DNA of 64,000 nucleotides from an uncultured delta proteobacterium (GTDB lineage: Bacteria; Myxococcota; Myxococcia; SLRQ01): contig CAVSGM010000003.1 in NCBI GenBank assembly GCA_963727485.1, positions 384,001 to 448,000 of the forward strand. Reading direction: 5' to 3'. Under the pieces are notes generated by a model. The model was not told the origin of the DNA and searched no databases. It saw only the letters and a list, made by a program, of their open reading frames with translations. Shown one piece after another: positions 8,725 through 20,621 of this stretch. A program made the translations under genes and the position numbers. The first letter of the stretch is position 1. Each line of letters begins with the position of its first letter.

Positions 8725-9867
8725 ATGACCGACTTCACCGAGGTCCGGGAGCAGATCCGCGCCGCCCAGAAGATCCACCGCGCCGAGGCGGAGATGATCC
8801 GGGGCGCCAAGGTGCCCTACTACCGCCGCGGGGAGATGAGCATCCCGGGGTTCAAGATGAAGGCCGGGGGCGACCCGGAGAAGGACGCCCGTCAGACCTC
8901 GCTCAAGCTCATGGGCAAGGCGGCGACGCTGCCGGTGGACTTCTTCTTCTACGACCTCGAGGACGCCTCCCCGGACAACCCCGACTTCAAGCCCTTTGCC
9001 CGGCGCTTCGTGATCGAGGCCTTCCAGGAGCTTCAGTTCGGCGACCGGGTGCGGGCGTTTCGGCCCAACAACATCCGCACCGCCTACTTCGAGGACGACC
9101 TGGTGGAGGTGGTCGGGGCCATCGGCGACAAGCTCGACGCCATCGTGCTCCCCAAGAGCGAGAACGCCGAGGAGGTCGCCGACGTGCAGAAGGCGCTGCG
9201 GGCGATCCAGAAGGCGGCCGGCCGCGACCACCGCATCGCCATCGAGGTGCTCATCGAGTCGCCCAAGGCCTTCACCCAGATCGACCGCATCGCCGCCCTC
9301 GACGACGTCTCGGCGCTGATCTTCGGGGCCTGGGACTTCGCCCGGACCATCGGCGGCCGGGTGGAGCCGGAGACCTGGCTCGCCGACCAGGGGACCGCGC
9401 GCCAGATGCTCCCCATCGTCGCCGCCGCCCATGGCAAGGACGCCGTCGACGCGGTGACCGCGACGCTCCCCATCCGCGCCAAGGACCCGAACGACACCGA
9501 GGCCGCCGAGCGGCACCGCCGGGCCCTGGAGCTGGCCCGCCGCGACGCCGACGAGGCCCGGCGCATCGGCTACGCCGCCAAGTGGATCCTCCACCCGGAC
9601 CAGATCGCGCCCATCCAGGGGGCCTGGACCCCGGAGCAAGGCGTGGCCCAGGCGGCCCTGAAGCTGGTGGCCACCTACGCCCGCGCCGCGGAGACCGGCT
9701 CCGGCGCCGAGGTCCACGGAGAGCAGCTCGCCGACAAGGCGGTGGTCGGGACCGAGTGGTGGAACGTGCGCGCGGCGCTCAAGGCCGGGGTCCTCACGGA
9801 CGCCGACGTGCAGGCCACCGGCTACACCCTCGACAAGCTCGAGCGCACCGTGAGGACCCGGGACTGA
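8725..9867 (+). CDS. CitE/HpcH-family CoA ester lyase, probable malyl-CoA/beta-methylmalyl-CoA lyase
   Basis: YDLEDA, RPNN, LDAIVLPK, IEVLIES, IFGAWDF and KWILHPDQI motifs; pathway context. Confidence 0.8.
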   Translation: MTDFTEVREQIRAAQKIHRAEAEMIRGAKVPYYRRGEMSIPGFKMKAGGDPEKDARQTSLKLMGKAATLPVDFFFYDLEDASPDNPDFKPFARRFVIEAFQELQFGDRVRAFRPNNIRTAYFEDDLVEVVGAIGDKLDAIVLPKSENAEEVADVQKALRAIQKAAGRDHRIAIEVLIESPKAFTQIDRIAALDDVSALIFGAWDFARTIGGRVEPETWLADQGTARQMLPIVAAAHGKDAVDAVTATLPIRAKDPNDTEAAERHRRALELARRDADEARRIGYAAKWILHPDQIAPIQGAWTPEQGVAQAALKLVATYARAAETGSGAEVHGEQLADKAVVGTEWWNVRAALKAGVLTDADVQATGYTLDKLERTVRTRD

Positions 9868-11492
9868 TGGCCGCCACCGTGGCGAAGGCCGAGGCGGCGC
9901 TGAAGCGCGCCCGGGAGGTCCTGGATCGGGTCGCGACGCATCTGGCGAAGCAGGTCGACGGCGGCGGCCGGGTCTCGACCAAGAAGCTCGACGCCATCCA
10001 GCCCGAGGCCTTCGGCTTTGCCCGGCGCCTCGCCGAGCTCACCGCCGCCGAGGCGCTGCTCGCCTGGGGGAAGGCCCACGGCGACCACGAGCAGGCCCTG
10101 GCCATCACCTACGCCGCCACCGTGAGCGCCGAGCTGGCCAGGTGGCTGCGGTTCCAGGAGGCCGAGCTCGGCGCGGTTGCCGCCACCCTCGACGCCGACG
10201 CGTCCTTCGTCACCGCGGCCCTGTCCACCGCGCGCCTGGTGTCGCTGGGCGGCGCGCTCCTCGATCGCGACGCCGACCCCGAGGGCGCCCGGGGCCTGAC
10301 CGAGGACCACCTGCCCATCCAGCGCGAGTTCGCCCGCTTCGCCGACGAGCAGGTGGCCCCGGTGGCCGAAGAGATCCACCGCCACGACCGGCTCATCCCC
10401 GAGCCGCTCTTGAAGGCCATGGGCGAGCTGGGGGTCTTCGGGATCTCGGTCCCCGAGGCCTACGGCGGCACCTACATCGACCACACCACCATGATCGTCG
10501 CCACCGAGGAGCTGTCCCGGGCGTCGCTGGGGGCCGGGGGCTCGGTGATCACCCGCCCGGAGATCGCCGCCAAGGCGGTGCTCGCCGGGGGCACCGAGGC
10601 GCAGAAGCAGACGTGGCTCCCCCGCTTCGCCTCCGGGGAGAAGATTGTCAGCGTCGCCGTCACCGAGCCCGACGCCGGCTCCGACGTCGCCCGGGTGAAG
10701 GTCACCGCCCGGAAGGTCGACGGGGGCTACGCCATCAGCGGCGAGAAGACCTGGTGCACCTTCGCGGGCCGCGCCGACGTCTTCGTGCTCCTGGCGCGTA
10801 CCGGCAGCGCCGACGAGGGCCACCGGGGCCTCACCCTCTTCCTGGTGGAGAAGCCCGGGCAGCCCGCGGGAGAGGGCGACGAGTACCACTTCGTCCACGC
10901 CCAGGACGGCGGCGGCCGCTGCGAGGGCCGCGCCATCCCCACCGTGGGCTACCGGGGGATGCACAGCTTCTCGGTGAGCTTCGAGGACTACTTCGTCCCC
11001 GACGAGAACCGCCTCGGCGACGAGGGCCGTGGCTTCTACCTCCAGATGAAGGGCTTCGAGGGCGGGCGCATCCAGACCGCGGCCCGGGCCGTGGGGGTGA
11101 TGGAGGCCGCCTTCCGCGCCGCGCTCCAGTACGCCCGCGACCGCAAGGTCTTCGGCCAGGCGCTCGCCGACTACGCCCTGACCCGGGTGAAGCTGGTGGA
11201 GATGGCCACGCGCATCCAGGCCGGCCGCCAGCTCGCCTACGTGGTCGGCGCCCTGATGGACGACGAGCAGGGCGCCATGGAGGCGTCCCTGGTGAAGTTC
11301 CTCGCCTGCCGCGACGCCGAGTGGGTGACCCGGGAGGCGATGCAGCTCCACGGGGGCATGGGCTACTCCGAGGAGTACCCGGTCTCGCGCTACTGGCAGG
11401 ACGCCCGGGTGCTCTCGATCTTCGAGGGCGCCGAGGAGGTGCTCGGCCTGCTGGTCATCGCCCGGCAGGCCCTGGGCGCGAAGCTCGGCTGA
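9867..11492 (+). CDS. mcd: Acyl-CoA dehydrogenase, probable (2S)-methylsuccinyl-CoA dehydrogenase
   Basis: 541 aa with an N-terminal extension; TRPEI, TEPDAGSD, GYRGM, RIQTAARAVG, IFEGAEE; TGATG coupling. Confidence 0.8.
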   Translation: MAATVAKAEAALKRAREVLDRVATHLAKQVDGGGRVSTKKLDAIQPEAFGFARRLAELTAAEALLAWGKAHGDHEQALAITYAATVSAELARWLRFQEAELGAVAATLDADASFVTAALSTARLVSLGGALLDRDADPEGARGLTEDHLPIQREFARFADEQVAPVAEEIHRHDRLIPEPLLKAMGELGVFGISVPEAYGGTYIDHTTMIVATEELSRASLGAGGSVITRPEIAAKAVLAGGTEAQKQTWLPRFASGEKIVSVAVTEPDAGSDVARVKVTARKVDGGYAISGEKTWCTFAGRADVFVLLARTGSADEGHRGLTLFLVEKPGQPAGEGDEYHFVHAQDGGGRCEGRAIPTVGYRGMHSFSVSFEDYFVPDENRLGDEGRGFYLQMKGFEGGRIQTAARAVGVMEAAFRAALQYARDRKVFGQALADYALTRVKLVEMATRIQAGRQLAYVVGALMDDEQGAMEASLVKFLACRDAEWVTREAMQLHGGMGYSEEYPVSRYWQDARVLSIFEGAEEVLGLLVIARQALGAKLG

Positions 11493-12276
11493 GCGCCCGG
11501 GCCGAGCGGACGCAGGCCCGGGGCCGGCCGTTCAGGAGCCGCGACCCCTCGAGCCACCTGGGGTCGGGGGCGTAGGCGAAGAGCAGTCCCCCGTGCTTCA
11601 GGTCGTCGATGAGCAGGCGCGAGACGTCGTCGTCGACCGCCGGGCAGCCCCAGCTGCGCCCCAGCTCCCCGTGGGCCTCGATGAAGTCCTCGCTCACGTA
11701 CCAGGCGCCGTGGACCACGATCCGCCGTCGCGCCGCCTGGTCGTTGAAGCCGGGGTCGAGCCCCCGGAGCGCCAGCGAGTACCCGTGGCGTCCCTCGTAG
11801 GTCGCCGTGGCGAGGTAGAGCCCCAGGCTCGTCTGGAGGCTGTGCTCCCGGTTCGAGAACCGGGTGGGCGTGAGCTCCCCGCTCCCCCGCCCGTGGGCCA
11901 CCCGCAGGTGCAGGAGCAGCCGCCGGCGCACCAGGTCGAAGACCCACATCCGCCGCCGGGTCGACGGCAGCCCGTAGTCGATGACCGCCAGGGTGGGCCG
12001 GGGCGCCAGCCCCTCGGCGCGCACGTGGCGCACCGCGCGCAGGGCCAGGCGCAGGACCGCCGGCTTCAGCCCCGGCGCCTGGGCCAGGAGCGCCGGCGCC
12101 AGGGTGGCCCAGTCGATGCGCCGGTCCACCCGCACCCGCTCCGCGTGGGTCCAGCGTTGCGTCGGGGCGCCGGCGACCGCGGCCCGCCCCCCAAGGCCCA
12201 CCATTCCGCACACGAGCGCGGCGATCGCGAGCCGCAGCAAGGTCCGGGGGAGGTGGCGATCCCGAACCCGGCTCAA
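11455..12276 (-). CDS. Murein L,D-transpeptidase catalytic-domain family protein (YkuD_2-like)
   Basis: IDYGLPS..RRMWVFDL, VAHGRGSG, FSN, SLG, IVVHGAWY, GRSWGCPA; TTG start overlaps the upstream TGA. Confidence 0.85.
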   Translation of the reverse strand: MSRVRDRHLPRTLLRLAIAALVCGMVGLGGRAAVAGAPTQRWTHAERVRVDRRIDWATLAPALLAQAPGLKPAVLRLALRAVRHVRAEGLAPRPTLAVIDYGLPSTRRRMWVFDLVRRRLLLHLRVAHGRGSGELTPTRFSNREHSLQTSLGLYLATATYEGRHGYSLALRGLDPGFNDQAARRRIVVHGAWYVSEDFIEAHGELGRSWGCPAVDDDVSRLLIDDLKHGGLLFAYAPDPRWLEGSRLLNGRPRACVRSARALSRASRPGPAGR

Positions 12277-12974
12277 GGCCCCCCCGAGCCGGGCGCCGCC
12301 GGCGGGCGGTGGGTCGCCGCGGGGAGGTCCCGGGGGGCCGGGGACGGCGTGACCTCGGGCGCCGGGCCGGTGAGGATGAGGCCGAGGCCCACCAGGAGCA
12401 TCCACAGGACCACGTCGCCGGTGACCGCCCGGTTCAGGTGCTTCCTGGCCTCGGCGGCCCCGGCGGCGAGGCGGTCGTTCACCACCGCCGCCACCGGGGA
12501 GAAGTCGGCGATCCCCCGGCGGGGCAAGAGGAAGATCTGGCCGTCCTCGTCGAGGAGGTAGATGGCCTCGGGGGCGGAGACCGCGAAGCGCATCCGCGCC
12601 CAGGGGCGCTCGAAGCGCCGGCCGCCGCCGTCCTCGACCACCAGGCCGAGGACGTCGACGGTGGCCCGGATGCGTCGCTCGTCCTCGGAGAGCATCGCGA
12701 ACACCCGGCGGCTCAGGGCGTGGCGCCTGGCGTAGAAGAAGTAGACCGTCAGCAGGCCCAGGCCCATGGCCAAGGCGACGATGAGCGGCCCCTGCACCGC
12801 CCAGCGATCGACGGCCAGCCGGGTCATGGCCCAGAGGATGATCCAGATGGCCACCGGCCACCGGAGACGCTCGGCGCGGACGCCGGGCATCGCCGTCATC
12901 GACTGGTAGAGGTCGTCCTCGGTGACCTCGTACTCGAGGACCAGGGGCGCCCCGAGAATCCACCGACCCGCTGG

Positions 12975-12978
<4 letters not shown>
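12273..12978 (-). CDS. YcxB-like membrane protein; frameshift at 12956-12960
   Basis: ATGA coupling to the ligase stop; removing one base at GAATC gives MTSGSVDLGAPLVLEYEVTEDDLYQ, then two TM helices and FLLPRR. Confidence 0.6.
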
Positions 12979-14792
<1,814 letters not shown>

Positions 14793-14899
14793 GAGGACCT
14801 CCTGAGTGCGGAAAAACGGCGCCCAGGAGCGCCGCGGACGGGGGGTCTCTATCATAGGAGCACGGGTTCGGCGAGCACGCCGGCGGGGGCGGGACCGCG

Positions 14900-14928
14900 T
14901 TGACGCGCTGCGTAACGCTGTCTATCGT
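14900..14928 (+). promoter_or_regulatory. Sigma70-type promoter with an overlapping palindrome TGACGC-N3-GCGTAA
   Basis: TTGACG-17 nt-TATCGT, 63 nt before ATG 14992, in the divergent fadD/mch intergenic region. Confidence 0.7.
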
Positions 14929-14991
14929 CCGCCTCACGCCGCCCGGCCGAGGGGCCGGCGCCTGGGAACCGCGAACGGAGGGGAGACGACG

Positions 14992-16023
14992 ATGGCCACC
15001 GAGGACAAGGGCTGGCGGGGGAACTTCTTCGAGGACTTCGAGCTGGGGCAGCGGATCGTCTGCCCCACGCCGCGGCGGCTCACCGAGGGCGACGTGGCCG
15101 CCTACCTGGCGCTCACCGGCGACCGGACCCCGGGGTTCTGCGGGGCCGACGCGGTGATCCATCCGCTCATCGTCTTCCACGCGGTGATGGGCCAGACCGT
15201 GCGCCCCATCTCGCTGAACGCCCGGGCGAACCTCGGCTACGCGGGGATGGTCTTCCGCCGCCCGGTGCGCGTGGGCGCCACCCTCACCACCACCGTGGAG
15301 ATCCTCGGCCTCAAGGAGAACTCCAGCAGGAAGACCGGCATCGTGTGGGTGCGCACCGAGGGGCGCGACGACGACGGTGAGAGGGTCCTCGACTACGTGC
15401 GCTGGGTGATGGTCCACAAGCGCGGCGAGGCGGAGACGAGGTGGCTCGCCGAGCCGGTGGTCCCCGAGCTCCCCAAGGTGGTGGCGCCGGCCGAGCTGCC
15501 CACCGGCCACCTCGCCCTGCCCACCGCCGAGGCCACCGGCGGCCGGTTCTTCTTCGAGGACTACGAAGAGGGCGAGCGCATCCACCACGTGGACGGGCAG
15601 ACGGTGAACCACTCGGACCACATGAGCTTCACCCGCCTGTTCCAGAACAGCGCCAAGGTCCACTTCGACGCCCGGCTCACCGGCGGCGACCCCCTGGTCT
15701 ACGGCGGCTACCCCATCTCGCTGGGCTACGCCCAGGCGTTCAACGGCCTGGAGAACCGGGTGGGCCTCGCCGCCATCAACGGCGGCACCCACGCGAACCC
15801 GGTCCACGCCGGCGACACCCTCTACAGCTTCACCGACGTGGTCGCCAAGGACGACCTCGGCGACGCGCCGGTCGGCGCCCTGCGCTGCCGGCTCCTGGTG
15901 GTGAAGAACCTCGACCTCGCCGAGCGCCCCGACTTCGATCCCAGGCCCGGGGGCAAGCACGACCCGGCGGTGGTCCTCGATCTCGACCTCTGGGAGCGGG
16001 TGGTGAAGCAGGGGGCCGCCTGA
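14992..16023 (+). CDS. mch: Mesaconyl-CoA hydratase (double hot-dog MaoC family)
   Basis: GNFFEDF, ISLNARANLGYA, GLKENS..TGIVWVRT, YVRWVMV, second domain FFEDY..GERIHHVDG, NSAKVHF. Confidence 0.88.
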   Translation: MATEDKGWRGNFFEDFELGQRIVCPTPRRLTEGDVAAYLALTGDRTPGFCGADAVIHPLIVFHAVMGQTVRPISLNARANLGYAGMVFRRPVRVGATLTTTVEILGLKENSSRKTGIVWVRTEGRDDDGERVLDYVRWVMVHKRGEAETRWLAEPVVPELPKVVAPAELPTGHLALPTAEATGGRFFFEDYEEGERIHHVDGQTVNHSDHMSFTRLFQNSAKVHFDARLTGGDPLVYGGYPISLGYAQAFNGLENRVGLAAINGGTHANPVHAGDTLYSFTDVVAKDDLGDAPVGALRCRLLVVKNLDLAERPDFDPRPGGKHDPAVVLDLDLWERVVKQGAA

Positions 16024-17933
16024 TGCGCCTCGGCGACCGGCCTCCCTGGATCGTGCGCACCTACGCGGGCTTCGGCGACGCCGAGGCCACCAACGCGCGC
16101 TACCGGGCGAACCTCGACCGGGGCCAGCGGGGGCTCTCGGTGGCCTTCGATCTGCCCACCCAGAACGGCTACGACGCCGACGACCCGCTCGCCGCCGGCG
16201 AGGTCGGGGGCACCGGGGTCGCCATCAGCCACCTCGGCGATCTGGCGCGGCTCTTCGAGGGCATCCCGCTGGGCGAGGTGAACACCTCGATGACCATCAA
16301 CGCCACCGCCCCCTGGCTCTACGCCCTCTACCTGGCGCTGGCGGAGCAGGAGGGGGTGCCCTGGGGGGTGCTCCGGGGCACCACCCAGAACGACCTGATC
16401 AAGGAGTTCGTGGCCCGGGGCACCTACGTCTTCGACCCGGAGACCAGCCTGCGCCTCTCCCGGGACCTGACCACCTTCGCGGTGACGCACACCCCCAAGT
16501 GGAACCCGGTGAACGCCTGCGGCTACCACTACATGGAGTCGGGGGCGACGCCGGCGGAGGAGGTGGGCTTCGCCATCGGCGGGGCGGTGCTCCTCCTCGA
16601 CGCCATCCGCCCCAGGCTCGAGGCCGAGGCCTTCACCCGGGTGGTGGCCCGGATCAGCTTCTTCGTGAACAGCGGCATCGAGCTGGTCCCGGAGATCGCC
16701 AAGCTCCGGGCCTACCGCAAGCTGTGGCAGCGCACCTGCGAAGCGCGCTACGGGGTGCCCGACGTGCCGTTTCGCGCCGGTTGCCAGGTGCGGTCGCTGA
16801 CCCTGACCGCCGCCGAGCCCGAGGTGAACATCGTGCGCATCGCCTACGAGGCCCTGCCCGCGGTGCTCTCGGCCTCGGCCCGGGTGGGGGCGCTGCAGCT
16901 CCCGGGGTTCCGCGAGGCCCTGCAGCTGCCCACCGAGAGCGAGCAGGTGCTCTCCCTGCGCACCCAGCAGGTCCTGATGTACGAGACCGGCCTCGGCGAC
17001 TGGGGCGACATCTTCGAGGGCTCCACCATCGTCGAGCGTCTCACCGACGAGACCGTCGCCGCCGCCGCCGCGGTGGTGGAGAAGATGGTCGGGCTCGGCT
17101 ACGCCGGATCCATCCCCTACCTCTCCCGGCGGCTCACCGAGGGGCTCGTCTCCTGGCGGCGGAAGGTCGACGCCGGGGAGCAGGTGTGGATCGGGGTCAA
17201 CGCCTTCGAGGACCCGGTGGACCTGGTGCCCACCGGAGGCGCCGAGCGCGAGGGCGCCGACCCCGAGGCGGTGAGCCGGCACCTCGAGCGCCTCGCGGCC
17301 CACCGGCGCACCCGCGACGCCGCCCGGGTCGAGGCCGCCCGCGCCGCCCTCGCCGAGGCGGTGCGCGCCGGTGACAACGTCCTCCCGGCGTCCATCGAGC
17401 TGGCCCGGGCCGGGGGCACCACCGGCGAGTGGACCGCCACCATCGAGGCGGTGGTGGGGACCCGCTACGCGGCGCCGCTCGGGGCCGAGGGCGGCGGCGG
17501 CGAGGACCTGGGCGTCCCCCGGGCCCCGCGTCCCCTGCGGGTGGTGCTCGCCAAGAGCGGCCTCGACGGCCACGTGAACGCGGTGAAGCTCCTCGCCGCG
17601 GCCTGCAGCCAGGCGGGGATGGAGGTCGTCTACACCGGCCTCAAGCAGACCCCCGAGGCCATCGTCGCCACCGCCCTCCAGGAGGACGCGGACCTGGTGG
17701 GCATCTCCAGCCTCTCCGGGAGCCACCTGCACATCGCCCGGGAGGTGATGCGGCTGCTCGGGGAGAAGGGCGCCACCGACCTCCCGGTGATCCTCGGGGG
17801 CATCGTCCCCGAGGCCGACCGCGCGCCCCTCGAGGCCATGGGCATCCGCGCGGTCTTCACCCCCGCCGACGCCCGGGTCGGGGAGATTGTCCAGCGGATC
17901 ATCGATCTCGCCCTCGCCGCCCGCCCGGGATGA
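16023..17933 (+). CDS. ecm: Ethylmalonyl-CoA mutase (MeaA-like, B12-dependent)
   Basis: PWIVRTYAG, GLSVAFDLPTQ, NTSMTINATA, GTTQNDLIKE, SFFVNSG, LQLP; C-terminal B12 domain GLDGH..SSLSGSH..LGG. Confidence 0.85.
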   Translation: MRLGDRPPWIVRTYAGFGDAEATNARYRANLDRGQRGLSVAFDLPTQNGYDADDPLAAGEVGGTGVAISHLGDLARLFEGIPLGEVNTSMTINATAPWLYALYLALAEQEGVPWGVLRGTTQNDLIKEFVARGTYVFDPETSLRLSRDLTTFAVTHTPKWNPVNACGYHYMESGATPAEEVGFAIGGAVLLLDAIRPRLEAEAFTRVVARISFFVNSGIELVPEIAKLRAYRKLWQRTCEARYGVPDVPFRAGCQVRSLTLTAAEPEVNIVRIAYEALPAVLSASARVGALQLPGFREALQLPTESEQVLSLRTQQVLMYETGLGDWGDIFEGSTIVERLTDETVAAAAAVVEKMVGLGYAGSIPYLSRRLTEGLVSWRRKVDAGEQVWIGVNAFEDPVDLVPTGGAEREGADPEAVSRHLERLAAHRRTRDAARVEAARAALAEAVRAGDNVLPASIELARAGGTTGEWTATIEAVVGTRYAAPLGAEGGGGEDLGVPRAPRPLRVVLAKSGLDGHVNAVKLLAAACSQAGMEVVYTGLKQTPEAIVATALQEDADLVGISSLSGSHLHIAREVMRLLGEKGATDLPVILGGIVPEADRAPLEAMGIRAVFTPADARVGEIVQRIIDLALAARPG

Positions 17934-17967
17934 CCGGCGCCCTCCGGCGCCCTGGCCGGCGGCACCG

Positions 17968-18037
17968 GACGGCCCCGGGGCGGCGGGACATGACGGCGCC
18001 GGGGGAGCGGAACCTGACGTCCCCGGGGCGGCGGGAC
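17968..18037 (+). repeat. 22-bp imperfect direct repeat, two copies 48 bp apart
   Basis: GACG(G/T)CCCCGGGGCGGCGGGAC at 17968-17989 and 18016-18037. Confidence 0.6.
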
Positions 18038-18049
18038 TATGCTCCGGCC

Positions 18050-18709
18050 ATGCGCCGCACCCGCCTGCCCCTCGTCGCCCTCGCCGCCGCCCTCGGTCTC
18101 GCCTCCACCGCCTGCGGGGTCCAGAGCGCCCCCACCACCGGCGACCTCACCCTCCACTACACCTTCGACCAGCAGACCTGCGACGCCGCCGGGGTCACCG
18201 AGATCGACATCACCGTGGACGGGGTGTCGGTCAGCGACGGGGCGACCCTCAAGGTCGACTGCGCCACCTACGCCGCCGGCGCCGCCATCCAGGCCCTGTC
18301 GCTGGGCACCTACTCGGTGGAGATCCAGGGCCTCGACGGGAGCGGGAACGTCCTCTACGACCTCGGCGCCCAGACCGTGGACCTCAAGGGCGGGAGCAAC
18401 GTGTTCAGCTTCGACCTCCCGGCGGTGACCGGGAAGCTGACCCTCTACTGGCTCTTCGCCGGCAGCTCCGCCTGCGGCCAGGTGGCCCAGGTCCACGTGG
18501 TGGTGCTCGATCCCCAGGGCAGCAGCTTCGACGACCAGACCTACCCCTGCACCGACGCCGGGATCGTGTACGACGCCGCGGCCGCCGGGACCTACACCGT
18601 GAGCATGCAGGGCCTCGACAGCACCAACCGGGTCCTCTACAGCGCCTCGGACAAGACGGTGCAGGTCCTCGCCGGCCAGGACAACCAGTACCAGATCCAG
18701 CTCAACTGA
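18050..18709 (+). CDS. Lipoprotein with two tandem beta-sandwich-like repeats
   Basis: Lipobox STAC; repeats G.LTL...F....C...GTY(S/T)V..QGLD..(G/N).VLY. Confidence 0.75.
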   Translation: MRRTRLPLVALAAALGLASTACGVQSAPTTGDLTLHYTFDQQTCDAAGVTEIDITVDGVSVSDGATLKVDCATYAAGAAIQALSLGTYSVEIQGLDGSGNVLYDLGAQTVDLKGGSNVFSFDLPAVTGKLTLYWLFAGSSACGQVAQVHVVVLDPQGSSFDDQTYPCTDAGIVYDAAAAGTYTVSMQGLDSTNRVLYSASDKTVQVLAGQDNQYQIQLN

Positions 18710-18865
18710 CGGCGCCGGCGGGCGAGGGGCCCGGCCCCGGGGGGATCCCCGGCACCCCGCGCCCGCCCTGGTCGAAGGCCCCCGGCCGCACTATGCTGAT
18801 CGCGCTCCGGGGGCCCGGCGTGGGGCGCGCCCGCGGCCGGTGGCTCCCCGGGCGAAGGACGCACC

Positions 18866-20587
18866 ATGCAAGCCACCGCCGCCCCGACCCATCCCCCCGA
18901 GTCGAAGCACGCCGACCTCGACCGCTCCATCGGCATCCTCCAGGAGCACAAGGACGCCTGGGCGTCGCTCCCCCTCGACCGGCGGATCCGCTACCTCCGG
19001 GGTCTGCTCGACGGCTCGGCCAAGGTCGCCGAGCGCCACGTCCGGGCCGCCTGCGCCGCCAAGGGCATCCCCTTCGACGCCCCGGTCGCCGGCGAGGAGT
19101 GGCTCGCCGGGCCGGTGATCCAGGTGCGGGTCATCCGCCTGCTCCTCGAGACCCTGGAGAAGCTCGCCCGTGAGGACGGGCCGAGCCTGCACCCGGGGGC
19201 CATCCACCCCCGCCCCGACGGGCAGACCACCGTCGACGTCTTTCCCCTGACCACCCTCGACAAGCTCCTCTACCAGGGGTTCACCGCGCGCATCTGGCTC
19301 CCCCACGGCGTCGGTCCCGGCGAGGTCACCGACCACATGGCGGCCTTCTACCGGGAGGCCGGCCCCAAGGGGAAGGTGGCCCTGGTCCTCGGCGCCGGGA
19401 ACGTGGCGAGCATCGGGCCCCTGGATCTGGTCCACAAGCTCTTCGTCGAGGGGCAGGTGGGGCTGCTCAAGTTCAACCCGGTCAACGACTACACCGGGCC
19501 CTTCGTGGAGGAGGCCTTCGCCGAGCTCATCCGCGACGGCTTCGTCCAGACCTGCTACGGCGGCGGCGACGTCGGCGAGTACCTCACCCAGCACCCGGGG
19601 ATCGACGAGATCCACATGACCGGCAGCGACCGCACCCACGACGCCATCGTCTTCGGCGTCGGCGACGAGGGGAAGCGCCGAAAGGCCGCGAACGACCCGC
19701 GGATCACCAAGCGCATCACCTCCGAGCTGGGGAACGTCAGCCCCATCATCGTGGTGCCCGGCGAGTGGTCGACGGCGGACATCGACTTCCACGCCCAGAA
19801 CGTCGCCACCCAGCTGGCCCAGAACGTGGGCTTCAACTGCAACGCCGCCCGGGTGATCATCACCCACGCCGACTGGCCCCAGCGCAAGGTCTTCATCGAG
19901 CGGATCGGGCAGGTCCTGGCCTCGCTCCCCCAGCGGCCCGCCTACTACCCGGGCGCCGAGGGGCGCCTCGACAGGTTCATCGGCGCCCACCCCGACACCG
20001 CGGTGAAGGTGGGCAAGCGCGAGGGGCAGGTGCTCCCCTGGACCCTGCTCCCCTCGGTGGACGCCTCGAACCCCGGCGACATCACCTTCACCACCGAGGC
20101 CTTCGCCCCGGTGACCGCCGAGACGCCGCTTTCGGCCGAGAGCCCGGCGGCGTTCCTGGAGAAGGCGGTGGCGTTCGCCAACGACACCCTCTGGGGCACC
20201 CTCAACGCCGAGGTCATCATCGACCCGGCGGCGGCGGCGCGCCTGGCCGCCGAGCTCGATCAGGCCCTCGCCGATCTGCGCTATGGGAGCGTGGCGGTGA
20301 ACCACTGGCCGGCCCTCTCCTACGCGCTGGGGAGCACCAGCTGGGGCGCCTTCCCGGGCCACACCCTCGACGACATCCAGAGCGGCATCGGGGCGGTGCA
20401 CAACACCCTGCTCTTCGACGCGCCGGAGAAGACGGTCATCCACGGGCCCTTCCGGGTCAGGCCCAAGCCGCCCTGGTTCGTGACCCACGCCCGGGCCCAC
20501 GAGGTCGCCCGGCGGATGCTCACCCTCGAGCACCGGCCGTCGATGGCGAAGGTGCCGGGCCTGCTCCTCCAGGCGATCCGCGGCTGA
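18866..20587 (+). CDS. Aldehyde dehydrogenase family protein
   Basis: LVLGAGN, HMTGS, SELGNVSP, GFNC (catalytic Cys), EAFAPV. Confidence 0.85.
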   Translation: MQATAAPTHPPESKHADLDRSIGILQEHKDAWASLPLDRRIRYLRGLLDGSAKVAERHVRAACAAKGIPFDAPVAGEEWLAGPVIQVRVIRLLLETLEKLAREDGPSLHPGAIHPRPDGQTTVDVFPLTTLDKLLYQGFTARIWLPHGVGPGEVTDHMAAFYREAGPKGKVALVLGAGNVASIGPLDLVHKLFVEGQVGLLKFNPVNDYTGPFVEEAFAELIRDGFVQTCYGGGDVGEYLTQHPGIDEIHMTGSDRTHDAIVFGVGDEGKRRKAANDPRITKRITSELGNVSPIIVVPGEWSTADIDFHAQNVATQLAQNVGFNCNAARVIITHADWPQRKVFIERIGQVLASLPQRPAYYPGAEGRLDRFIGAHPDTAVKVGKREGQVLPWTLLPSVDASNPGDITFTTEAFAPVTAETPLSAESPAAFLEKAVAFANDTLWGTLNAEVIIDPAAAARLAAELDQALADLRYGSVAVNHWPALSYALGSTSWGAFPGHTLDDIQSGIGAVHNTLLFDAPEKTVIHGPFRVRPKPPWFVTHARAHEVARRMLTLEHRPSMAKVPGLLLQAIRG

Positions 20588-20621
20588 CGGCGCGGCCGGT
20601 GGCGGGCGCGCGGCCCCGGCG

